A DNA stretch of 57,848 nucleotides, counting the filler, from Catajapyx aquilonaris (Eukaryota): the NCBI GenBank assembly GCA_000934665.2. It is 3 parts of 3 records of this genome, joined end to end, with 100 filler letters (N's around TTAATTAATTAA, not from the genome) between each part and the next. Parts side by side here need not be neighbours in the genome. Positions count along the whole stretch, not along the records: positions 1 to 17,962 come from JYFJ02006815.1; positions 18,063 to 39,765 come from JYFJ02006816.1; 1 more part is not named here. One strand, written 5' to 3'. A program made the position numbers and the translations under genes. Positions within the stretch are counted from its first letter, which is position 1. Every line of letters begins with the position of its first letter. This document shows, one piece after another, positions 11,722 through 22,397 of the stretch. The notes under the pieces are model-generated. The model did not search any database and was not told where the DNA came from. It worked only from the letters and a program-made list of their open reading frames with translations.

Positions 11722-13326
11722 TCAGTGAATCAGACCCCAGTTGGTTGGGTGATTGTACGCTAAGAGGATCGGGGCGTGCAGGAGAAGCGAGAGATTGTCC
11801 TCGTTCATTTGCAACGAAATTTGGGTCCATTGTTCCAAGTAGTGAACTATGTCTTCGTCTCGCATGTTGACTGGATTCAGGCCTCGGATGAAGCAAGCCT
11901 GAAACAGAATACCAGAAAGTCAAACATAACTGCTTACATGTATGAACGATTCCATTCTTCAGCACAAATTATGAATTAATCATAAATATGACAAGTTTCA
12001 TATAAACTGTGAATGTGTCAAGATATAAGCACACCCATCGGACTTCTTCTGATCCCAGAGAACTAATTCCTTCCTTCAGTATGGCCCGATCCATTTCGTG
12101 AATAAGGACGGCTGTCTCCTTAAGTCGTTTTCGTTTCAGAAACCACGGATTGAGTCCATGGACCTTCAGCAAACCATTCTGAAAAATATATATCAAACTG
12201 ATAAGAAACTAAAAAATGACAGTTATTTTTCCATTATTTAGCCGACATGTAAGCAACAGAAATTCCTCAGTTTGCCGCAAGCGTCACTGACCACATGTTG
12301 TACGTAGATACTGTTGAGGTGATAAGGGTGAGTTCGGAAAAGCGGCTCGATTCCCATAATTTCATCCACCTCCGGATGAGTCCCACTTCCCAGCTGAAAC
12401 ATGACCCTTTCGCACTTTTGCCTCATGCTTGTGTCTTTGATGGAATCCAGTTGCGCTTGCAGGCATCGAAACACTGGCTTGTAGCTGTACAGCTTCTTTT
12501 TATGCGCATCCCTGGCAAAGTCGATACGCTGCTGCAGCGACCAGAAGTGACGGGTCAGAAACTTCTTCGGAAACATGTACCTGTAAAGATATGAAGTTAC
12601 ACATATAACGACTTGCACTCAGATGTAATTCTTACGCTAATGGGAACACGACGTAGTTAGCAAATGGAAGCGCAGCAACGAGGAGCACCGGCACCATCTT
12701 CTGCATGTCCTTCGGCATCTGGTAGTACACTTCAAGATCCTTCCTCTGCAAGTCCCTCAGTCCTTCATCAGTCGTATGCACTCTCCTGGCGACACTCAAG
12801 AACAGCTTCAGATCACCAAAGAAGTCCATAATCCCCACAGAGAAGACCCGGTACACATGCATGGCCGACGGGAAGTTAGTCTCCAGCAGAGTTTGGAAGC
12901 CCTTCACATACGCAATGTACCGGGCCAGGAAATAGTTTGTCACTTTGGACTGAGTCACCGGATTTGCTTTCATCCGGGTCAGCTCCGTCTTGGTCTGCTG
13001 GCTCGCCCGCCTGTGAAATAATATTTTTTTAAAAAATTGATATCCAGCCTATTGTGTAGCGCTAATAATCAAGGCCGGATATTTTCCTTTCCTAAAAATA
13101 AACCAACTCCCACGTAACTCACATGCAGATATGACATCACTTCCTTTTGAGCCCAACCCTAGCTCAAAATTGGAGATAAAAATGATCCAATTTTTTGTGC
13201 CAGCTGGTCGGAAGGAACCTTATGAATTATTTTAATGGCAACTGACCTGATTTGGGTGGCGGCCGGAGCTGCATTTCTCATTACGAGTCGTCCCAGAGAC
13301 ATTTGGACTCTCACCAAGTGCGCCAT
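11722..13326 (-). CDS. LETMD1: LETM1 domain-containing protein 1 (mitochondrial)
   Basis: Arg-rich N-terminus MAHLVRVQMSLGRLVMRN (targeting-peptide-like); exons encode DMQKMVPVLLVAALPFANYVVFPLA, YMFPKKFLTRHFWSLQQR, IHEMDRAILKEG and ACFIRGLNP...SLLLHAPILLAYNHPTNW; stop at 11724-11722. Confidence 0.88.
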
Positions 13327-13536
13327 TTTGGATGGGACACAATCCCGCGCGTCTGGCACCCCACATTGCGGATAAAATACACCTCAACTGTTTAACCCAC
13401 CCGTAATTTAATATCACGCTACTAATTATTAGCGTATTAATTAAAATATTTTTTCTCCATATTATCCAGTGGTTTGTTTGCTCCAGCAAGTGCGTGCAAG
13501 ATCATCTGGCAACCCTGCGTGTTCTAAAGGTTCAAG
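13327..13536. promoter_or_regulatory. Bidirectional promoter shared by LETMD1 and ZC3H3
   Basis: Divergent ATGs only 210 nt apart (13326 minus, 13537 plus); each ATG lies in a CAA(A/G)ATGGCG YY1/Pho-like motif. Confidence 0.65.
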
Positions 13537-16500
13537 ATGGCGTCGGCTAGTTCTGCTGAGAAGAATCTTCTTCGGGAAATTACGTTCTTGTCGCGTAAGA
13601 TGGGGGTTCTGTGAGGGTGGGAAGGAATGGAAATTATTGAAGGAATATTGGCGGATAGGCGGAGACAAAAATATGAACGTTTTGGGCGTTGGGAAGGGCT
13701 AAAAAAGGGGTTTGACCTTGACCTGGGTGTGGTTGTGACGTCACGGGAAATGGAATGTTTGGAATATATGAAATATTCCCTTAGTAATTGCGTCCACAGT
13801 ACTTAAGTCAATTGCACCAGGACAACTGGAATTATTAGCACATTAATAAGATGATGCTATAGGAACGCTAATAATTAGCAATAATAATAGGTTGCAGAAT
13901 GTCTAAATCCATGGTTTCCAGGTCTGATTGATCACCACAAGTTGGCCAATCAGCTGCCAAGCCGCCGGATCCAGACGAGAAGCTCGGCTGTGCTGCTTAC
14001 TCGCAGTCCGATAGGTACAAGCCGGACGACGTGGTTAAGACGGAAAAGCAACCATCAAGTTAACCTGACAGCGCAGTTCAATCAGAATAAGAGGAAAACT
14101 GCGAACCCGGCAATGAGCTGCACACGGGTAAATACGGCTCCTACCAGGCGAGTGTATATCAACCCTAATTTTCAGCGGCAAAATCCAGCTCCGAGCAAAC
14201 TGCTGGTGCAAACGAAGAAGGAGGTGAAAGCCGCGCCGGAATTTAATGTCATCAGCAAAACGAAGCTGGTTAGAAACCAGGGGAAAACGGCTGTAGTGTC
14301 TGCCAAGAAGCGACGGAAATTGTCCAGCTCTGCAGCTTCTGGAAAGGGGAAGGTGCCTGATATGGTGAAGATCGTGACGCCTTCCAGAGTGTTGAAGGTG
14401 CCAGTCAGAAGCGGGAGCAAGTCGAAAGTGAACAAGAGGGCAGTACTGCCTAAGAAAATGGACAGTGTACGCAAGTTGGGTGTGTCTGGAGCCAGGTTGC
14501 AGGACGTAGGTGGGAAGACAAGTGCACAGCGTGCAGCGGCTGTATCGCCATACGACAGTTCGAGGTCACCGCAAGCCTCAGGTGAAGTCCTGTGTGTCAG
14601 CCGCAACCGATTTGTCCGCATTCAGAAGTCGGACATAGCCAAAGTGATGGCAAACAGTTCGCCCCCGCCTCGTAAGACACCACCGTTGGTCAGGCAGCGC
14701 AGTCGTGACTCTGCGACCATACGAAGCGCTAAAGCCGTGGTGTCAAAGTACAACAGGGGTCAGTCAAGGTTCAAAGTTGACCACAGGCCTTGGAACAAGC
14801 GGACTCCTGGACTGGTGAAGCAGGTGAAGCCTTACTCGCTGAGCTACGTGGCTCGGACTCCCCAGGATAGCCGGAAGAGAAGAAGCGGGGTGAAGGTCAG
14901 CCGGAAGGGAAAGAGCCCAGCCGCCAAGGTGCTCAACATTGGCGGAATCCTCTACAGGGCATCTCCAACGCAGCTGGCTCGAACGGGAGGGAAGCCGCCT
15001 GGGACAACACCCGGTACACGTGACGTTTGGTTATGCATCCTAATGCTGTACTTTTCATGATAGACTAACCAACATGTCCCAATTACAATCGCAATTCCTT
15101 TGGCATGTTCAGGGAATCATAACTAGAAATAGCAATGAAAAGTAATGCGCTTGGGCTTCAATTACGTACATTCTGCTTACATAATATTCCTAGCATTTTG
15201 AGGTAAACTGTCGATTTGAAATGGTTCCTAATTACATATCGGCTGTAGATTGTTATGCTGATGCTAGGCAAATGGTTATGTAAGAAGGCGTCCAGCTGGA
15301 AAGATCATGGGTTAAGCAACCGGACTGCCCCTTCCCCCTCCTTAAAGCTGGTTCCAGAGTGATCCTAGTTCGGGGCAACCGCTTCTGTATGGATCCTGGC
15401 GGTCGCACGCTGCGGAGAATCAGCAAGCAGACGACCTCGCCGCTGAAGATGCCACCGGCCGTTACCCCTCTTCGCCGGGTGGACATCGGCGGAGTGACGT
15501 ACATCCAGCGGCACCCTGGTGTCCTCGAGCGGACCGATCTCCACGTCGCCCGAAGCAGGGCAACCCAGTCGGTCAACCGCAGCATCAAGACTCTCCGCCG
15601 CCGGAAGATGATCAACCAGCACTGCATGTTCTTCTACCGGTTTGGGACATGCGCCAGGAAGAACAAAGGGAGAGGCTGCCCGTACATACATGATCAGAAG
15701 AAGGTTGCGCTTTGCCAGAGGTGAGTCGTAGCGATCCGGTTGTAACCCACACTTTCGAGGAATATAATGCTGTTCGTTTTTTTTATTGAGGGTTGGGTGT
15801 GCGATTGTTCTGGACAGGTTTTTACTGCATTATCTTTGTGGGAATGAATGCGGGAGGTGCAGTGTGGGTTAAAACATGGGACCGTTTCCTTTTAACAATT
15901 GGCAGCAGCGAATGTGCTAACTTGAAAATTACGCAAGGTTTTTGCGAGGTGAGTGCCAAGACACAAGCTGCAAGCTTTCCCACGAGGCTTCGAAGGAGCG
16001 GATGCCAGCCTGTCGCTTCTTCCTAGAAGGAGGGTGCAACCGTGATGCGTGCCCTTACTTGCACGTGAAGGTTAATGCCAATGCGGACGTGTGCAAGGAT
16101 TTCAGGGAGGGTTACTGCCCAGCCGGGGACATGGTAATGTATCAGTACGGCTGCGCTTTTGATAAACATGCTAATGTTGTGTTGTTTTCCGCAGTGCAAG
16201 AAGAAGCATGTGTTTGACCGTCCGGATTGGAACAAAGGTAAGAGGCACAGGTTGGTTTCAGTCCGTGCAGCCCCGCCGAAGAAGAAGCAGAAGTTGGAGG
16301 TCCTCGCGCCACGGAAACGCTACTTTGAAGAGCAGACAGACAAGCTCACGCCAGAGCTGCAGGAAAAGAAAGCGCGGCTGATGAGAAAAGTGGAGATGAT
16401 GAAGAACGGGTGGGTCCAGGACCACGAGTCGAACCAGGAGCCTGTCGCTGCGTCAAGAAAGGAAAAGTTGGAGTCGCAACCGGCCTACATACCCCTCTAG
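13537..16500 (+). CDS. ZC3H3: Zinc finger CCCH domain-containing protein 3
   Basis: Exon 13537-13594 spliced to 13922 gives MASASSAEKNLLREITFLSRLIDHHK (ZC3H3-type N-terminus). A basic low-complexity middle is followed by tandem CCCH fingers: CMFFYRFGTC...CPYIHD, LCQRFLRGEC...CKLSH, CRFFLEGGC...CPYLH, CKDFREGYCPAG..CKKKH. Stop TAG at 16498-16500. Confidence 0.88.
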
Positions 16501-16896
16501 GTTGAAGTACAGGGGTGTGAAAGTACAAAATAAACGTTCCATCCACAGGTTTTAATCAGGTGTGCAATGCACGTTTTTATTGATGCAAGGTTCAGCCAGT
16601 CTTTGCTCTCGGAACACTGCGGTTAGAGTCTGCTGTTGTTTCGTTGGGTTCTAACGAGCTGATCCGTGGACAAAGATGCGGCCATGGACTTAAATTATGG
16701 CGGTTCATTAAATGCATCAATAATGAGATAATTGATTTTTTTGTGCCAACTTGTTTTTGTTTCAGAGCTATATCTTTTTAGATGGAATTTTCTCTGTGAA
16801 ATTTTATTGTATATGGTTGAAATAAAGAGCAACGCTCATTTCGCAAACAGTCGTCTGCTCGTATGACCGTCCTGCCGCTTGTTATTTTCAGCTACT

Positions 16897-17099
16897 CTGC
16901 CGTCCCATGGAAAAAAGCCGTATCTGCAAAACCGTCGACTTTCCCACTCTCGAGCATTGGCAAGTCGACTCCAGGGGGTACTCACTTGACTGTAAAGTGT
17001 ACACCGGAGTACCTAAGGAGTACTGAAGAGTACCGAAGTGAGTACCCCCTTGGTCGACTAACGGTTTTGCAGATATGGCTTTTTTCCGTGGGACGGCAG
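16897..17099. mobile_element. Small MITE with nested inverted repeats
   Basis: Arms CTGCCGTCCCATGGAAAAAAGCCGTATCTGCAAAACCGT / ACGGTTTTGCAGATATGGCTTTTTTCCGTGGGACGGCAG, plus inner arms GGGGGTACTCACTT / AAGTGAGTACCCCC. The inner part recurs at about 40135-40170. Confidence 0.7.
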
Positions 17100-17477
17100 T
17101 ACTTGTGCGCCAGTAATGCAACATCACTTACATACCCTCTAATTATCATACAGGAGTCCTGAGCAAGGGGTATAAAAATAAATAAATAAATACCTTTAAT
17201 TATTTTAATAATGAGTGGCCAAAAATTCAGTTTGAAATCGGCGGGGAACATACAGCGCCATTGCGGCCATATGCAGAAGCTTCACCCGGAAATATGACGT
17301 CACGTCCTTGCCACACCTTCAATTTTTAATCCAATTTTAATTAAATTTTAATCCAAAATTTAGCTGATAAATTTTATTATATTTATTCACTTATTTTAAC
17401 TACGTTTTAATCCATCGTTGGATCCAGTCCTGCTGCCTTCACCTGGCCATTGTGTCGAGCCCTAACGCGTGGTCAAG

Positions 17478-17483
17478 ATGCCC
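17478..17483 (+). CDS. Probable first coding micro-exon (Met-Pro) of an unidentified gene truncated by the contig end
   Basis: CAAG-ATG-CCC-GTAAGT (good start context, consensus donor), downstream of CCGGAA and TGACGTCA (17295-17302) and an AT-rich tract. Confidence 0.4.
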
Positions 17484-17779
17484 GTAAGTTGCTCGCTCCT
17501 CTTTTCCTCTTTGTTAATTAGTGTTAATTAGTGCGGTTTGGATGGACCCGGCTTGTGTTTAAAGTGTGGGGGGAAAGGTTGGAGCTGATGGAGAAGCACG
17601 GGATGGGTCAGGTTGGGGTCAGCTGAGGTCACTTAGCAAGGGTTGATTCAGACTAGGCCTAGCTCAATAGGAATGGAACACCGGGTTGGGGGGGGCCAAT
17701 AATTAGCTTAATTAACTTAATTAATCAGCAGGATAATTAGGTGAGGTTAGCGGGAAAAATGACTACATAATGATGTACA

Positions 17780-17962
17780 TAATAAAGTACATGTAAAGTA
17801 CATCATGTACTTCAGGGACATAATAAAGTACATAATGATGTACTTCAGGGACATAATAAAGTGCATAATGTACTTCAGGTATATAATAAAGTACATAATG
17901 TACTTCAGGTATATAATAAAGTACATAATGTACTTCAGGGACATAATAAAGTGCATAATGTA
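17780..17962. repeat. 30-bp tandem minisatellite running into the contig end
   Basis: About 6 units of AAGTACATAATGTACTTCAGG(T/G)A(T/C)ATAATA; each unit contains the small hairpin AAGTACAT-a-ATGTACTT. Confidence 0.9.
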
Positions 17963-18062
17963 NNNNNNNNNNNNNNNNNNNNNNNNNNNNNNNNNNNNNN
18001 NNNNNNTTAATTAATTAANNNNNNNNNNNNNNNNNNNNNNNNNNNNNNNNNNNNNNNNNNNN
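17963..18062. other. Artificial contig-joining spacer
   Basis: 44 N + TTAATTAATTAA (stops in all six frames) + 44 N. Confidence 0.93.
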
Positions 18063-18222
18063 GGCCACTGACCACACCTCCGAAGCGCGAATTATGGAAT
18101 CCTATTTCGTGACGTGTATGTACACGTTATTTTCATTATCTTCGCATTAAAACTATAGAAGTTACAGCCATTTCCCAGTGCCTACTTACTTCCCACCCAC
18201 CCTGTATATATATATATATACA

Positions 18223-19576
18223 CAGGGTGAATACTGTAACTTTGGCAAAAATCACAGGGTGGGTAGTGTAGACCAAGACAAGTATTTTTGACATAGGAAC
18301 CCCTGTCCGGAAATGCCCCCGTACGGGAGTACGGCTGTTTCCCGCACAATATTTGGATGCAGCCAAAGGCCTGAACAACAATCGTTGTTTGGCTGTTTAC
18401 CTAGCAATTCAAGATCCCAACACAATGACGCATGGTAATAAAATTGTGTCATCCATTAGTTCCATCTTTCATGACTAAAATCTGTGTAACAGAGTTGGCT
18501 GACCTTGATGTAATAAAATTCTCCGTTCGGCACTTGACACTCGAAATTGTCCACCTTCGTCTCCTTCACACGCGACACACCTGATGAACGCAAGTTTCGA
18601 GTACGGTGGGTTGCCTATCCACCAGGCGTAACTAGAGACCCTTAAAGAAGAGAGTCGCCAACTTGTTATGTAAGGTCGTCTCTGATTCATTGGTGTCATT
18701 CTTACTCCAGCGAATCAGAGACGACAGTTTTTGGAGTGTTGGCGTGTTTTAAGCGGGTTGGGATCTTGAATTGCTATGTAAACAGCCAAACAACGATTGT
18801 TGTTCAGGCCTTTGGCTGCATCCAAATATTGTTCGGGAAGCGGCCGTACACCCGTACGGGGGCATTTCCGGACATGGGTTCCTATGTCAAAAATACTTGT
18901 CTTGGTCTACACTACCCACCCTGTGATTTTTGCCAAAGTTACCCAATGCATAAATTTTAAAGGTGGGTAGGGGACCCTAAAACAAACATTTTTGACCAAT
19001 GAACCCACCTTCTAAAAAAATCAGCAAATTTACTGAAATTGCTAACTGGTTAGTACCTGTAGTAACAGTTATGTGGTTGCTGCTACTCAACAGGAGCGTT
19101 GGCATGGTATAGTGTTGACAATTTAGTACAGTACTGTAAAAAGTCATCACCACCACAAATCAATGAAAGCTGACATGAAACTCACCACCACCTTTATTGC
19201 ACCCAACACAAAACTGTAATCAAAGGAGCTGCTAAAAGTGTCCTCCAGCCACTTGTACACACAGCCTACAACGACGCACAAGAGATTCCCGAGTTGATTG
19301 GAACAACACTGAATTGTGTATTTTCCAGACTTTTACTTGTTGTGTTGTACCAGACAATTACTTGTCGACACTACCATGACAACGCTACCATAGAGTAGCA
19401 GCAAACCACATAACTGTTACCGTACCACAGGTACTAACAAGTTATCGATTTCAGTAAATTTGATGATTTTTTAGAGGGTGGGCGATTTTTTTCGAGGATG
19501 GGTTCATTGGTCAAAAATGTTTGTTTTGGGGTCCCCTACCCACCTTTAAAATTTATGCATTGGGTCTTGTTACACC

Positions 19577-19579
<3 letters not shown>
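18223..19579. mobile_element. Two Tc1/mariner-type MITEs fused in tandem
   Basis: Arm pair A at 18236-18420 / 18758-18942; arm pair B at about 18941-19120 / 19362-19565. Outer ends CAGGGTG...CACCCTG sit next to TA runs. Minus-strand transposase tail RESLVRRCRLCVQVAGGHF*QLL* at 19220-19303. Confidence 0.8.
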
Positions 19580-19643
<64 letters not shown>

Positions 19644-19644
19644 N
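19580..19644. repeat. (TA)n microsatellite
   Basis: About 32 TA units directly after the MITE end. Confidence 0.95.
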
Positions 19645-19901
19645 ACCAGTGGTTACCAAAGTTGCAAGATATGAGCGGTGATAATCACTTCTGTGAAAGA
19701 GGTGACCTGGCAAATCCCAACAGTCCCTATTTTCATGTTCATCCTGCTTCTTCAGCAACCATTAACCAATGTTTCTGGTCAAGGTCATTTTAATGGTTGC
19801 TCCCTTGACATTTCTCCCCCCCCCCCTACATTTTCGACTTCTTTTGGCTCAACGCATACGCTGACGGCCGTTGGCTGGACTAGTAACAAACACCCTGCAT
19901 A

Positions 19902-20570
19902 CAGGGGTTGGACAAAATAATAGGAACACCTGAAAAAAGCAATTCGAACTTTGCCTCTGTTTTATTCGAAAACTGGAAAGGTTACAAAGATGACGTTACC
20001 AGGTTTTGAAGCTCTGTCTATGTACATTTGCCAAGGTATGCTGATGACGCAATAATCATGAGAGGAGGAAAGAAACAAAACACGATACCCCCCTCGCCCC
20101 CTCCGGCCCGATTTTTGACCAAAGTGTTCCAGCTTTTTCATTTGAAAATGAAAGCAGTTACAGATGTGAACTTGACTGGGTTTTGAAGCTCTCTATACCA
20201 CCTTGTGTGGTATAGAGATGGACCAATAATCATGCGAGGGGGCAGGGGGAGAAAATAAACCACTCCCCACTATCTCCAGCACTGATATAAAGAATAAGAT
20301 GAGTGTACCTTGTGTTGGACAAAAGAATAGATTTTTTAGTATACCACAAAGTGACATCGATAGAGCTTCACAACCCAGTAAAGTTTATATCCGTACCTGT
20401 TATGGTTTTAAAATGAAAAGGATAGAACACTTCAAAATGGGGTCTGGGGGGTGTTTCTCTCCCCCTCTCGTGATTTTTTGTCATCTGCATACGTGGACAA
20501 ATGTGCATCAACAGAACTTCAAATCCAAGTAAAAGTTATCTTTGTAACTTTTCCAGTTTTCGAATAAAAC
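19902..20570. mobile_element. Degenerate Tc1-like foldback MITE, right terminus missing
   Basis: TA-CAGGGGTTGGACAAAATAATAGGAACACC start; GTTTTATTCGAAAACTGGAAAGGTTACAAAGAT (about 19960) is inverted at about 20538-20570; a second internal inverted pair at about 20140-20213 / 20340-20420. Confidence 0.6.
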
Positions 20571-20991
20571 GTACGAGAAGTTCCATTTTACCATAAATGA
20601 GGGTGTCAGCAGTTCAGTTGAAAGTTAATCTTGATATTTTCTGGGCAGTTCTTTTGCGTTGTGTGCATGTGTGAAGTCATGAAATACAGATTGATCTGAG
20701 TCACATTTTGGGTTAGGAATTGTGTTAAATAGCATTTGACTCATGTTTAATCATGGTCATGTGAGGTTCTTGTTAGAGCAATGACAGTTCCATAGAGACG
20801 TGTTTGAGAAGATATTATTGCCCATAAGGAATAATGCAGAGGTCAATTTTCAATGGTTCCGAGAAAGGGCCGTGAGAGGCGGGGGGCCAAGCCACGCCCC
20901 CAAGTCTACCTGCCCTTGTTACCTTCACGCTCACTGCGGGGCCCCCTTTACGCGCCTATTGGAAAAGTGGCCGCTGTGGAGGTGATGGGGG

Positions 20992-21107
20992 ACGCTGTTC
21001 CAACATAACCTAACCTAACCTTCCTCCCTTGCGGATACAGCCTATCTTCAGCGTATACAGGCCTATCTTTCAGCAGATACACGCCCACGCCCTACACACC
21101 TATTATT
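20992..21107 (+). repeat. Dispersed repeat with (TAACC)n, copy 1
   Basis: Reverse complement of 36118-36237 apart from short indels and a few substitutions. Confidence 0.85.
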
Positions 21108-21531
21108 ATATTCTGTTATAGCATAACAGCTATTGCAAAGTAGCGTTCGAAGGGAGCATTTGAACCCGCGCTGCTTCGATTGAATAATTCTGATAATTAA
21201 AAATAGTTTAATAATAATTCCACAATATATAATGTCACATAATATTGCAGGTATTATTTATAATAATTTAATTATTATTGAAGCAATAGGAACCAAGCTC
21301 GGTTACAATATGCTCAATCGGGGCCCCACTTCCGTGAGGTAACAGGAAGTCTACATAGGCCACTCATTCGCTGTAGAATAACCGTCCGATTTTCAATCCC
21401 TCATATCACTGAGTCATTATAATGTGACTGATCATTATGCATTTCAGGTCTTCATTTGTTTGAATCAGTTTCTCAATTTAAAAATATGTGACTTGACACA
21501 GTAAGTGGAGTCTGATGCAAGTTTATTCTAG

Positions 21532-21743
21532 GGTGAAGACAGTCCCTTCAGCCCAGGAGGAATGCAAGATGCAACACGACCCTTGTCATCACCACAAGGA
21601 GGAATACCACGTATGCCTTCACCACAAACAGTGCGATTAACTTCCCCTCAGGGGATGTGTCGCATGGCTACTCAACAGGGCAGACCCCCTTTTCAAGACC
21701 AAGTGGGAGTACGTACAGGTCCAGTTGTGGAACAAATTGCAAG
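21532..21743 (+). CDS. Internal exon of the large nuclear protein continued at 30414
   Basis: TAG acceptor, GEDSPFSPGGMQDATRPLSSPQ...VRLTSPQ...EQIA, then an AG|GTGAG donor in phase 2 matching the phase of exon 30414. Confidence 0.72.
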
Positions 21744-22109
21744 GTGAGAGAGTAAGGGCTTTTCGAATGGTTCACAAATGGAGGTGGGCGGTGGGCTATT
21801 CTACTGGCCAGCCAAGCAGGAGGTCGCGGCTCAAATCTCGTCCCTACCACCTCATGGTGGGACCTTTTTCCGCCCTTCACCCAATGTGTCGGGCAGACCA
21901 GCACTCCCTTCTCTGCCCAGAGACAGGAGAAAGGAGAGGGTCCAAAATGTCTAGAAACTATTTAAGANCCCCCCCCCCCCCCCCCCCCAAGAGGGCTCTA
22001 CTGTTAAGTTTACAAACTTTATTTTATGTTTCATTAATCACATTAATGATAGCCACGTTGGTGGGTGGTATGGTTGCACCCCTGTCACCTGGTATTGCTC
22101 AATATACAG

Positions 22110-22215
22110 GTACTATATCGCTCAAAAAGATAGAGACGATTGGCATTTGATTCAAGTGCAAGTTGCACTTGAGTCAAATGCAAAATCGTCTCTATCTTTT
22201 TGGGCGATATAGTAC
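22110..22215. repeat. Near-perfect palindrome (about 52-bp arms), probable tiny MITE
   Basis: GTACTATATCGCTCAAAAAGATAGAGACGATT...AATCGTCTCTATCTTTTTGGGCGATATAGTAC with essentially no loop. Confidence 0.85.
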
Positions 22216-22397
22216 TTGAAAGTTGATCTAGCATGACAACCCATGTACAGTTGAATCCGGATATAATACACTTCACAGGACTGCGAGAAAAAATTTGTTA
22301 TAACCGAGGTCTGTTATAGCCAAATTGTTGCTTTTGCAACGAATACACAAAGTGTTCTGCTTTCCAAATGCCCTGCACACTACTCCAAACTGATTAA

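Noticed and set aside
17780..17962. Hairpin-containing 30-bp repeats as a CRISPR array or repeat protein
   Set aside because: Units are contiguous with no unique spacers, there are no cas genes, and the context is eukaryotic; the ORFs simply translate the satellite.
18007..18018. TTAATTAATTAA as a biological motif
   Set aside because: Centred in identical N blocks twice; an assembly linker.
20992..21020. (TAACC)n as insect telomeric repeat
   Set aside because: Only about three units, embedded in a dispersed repeat.
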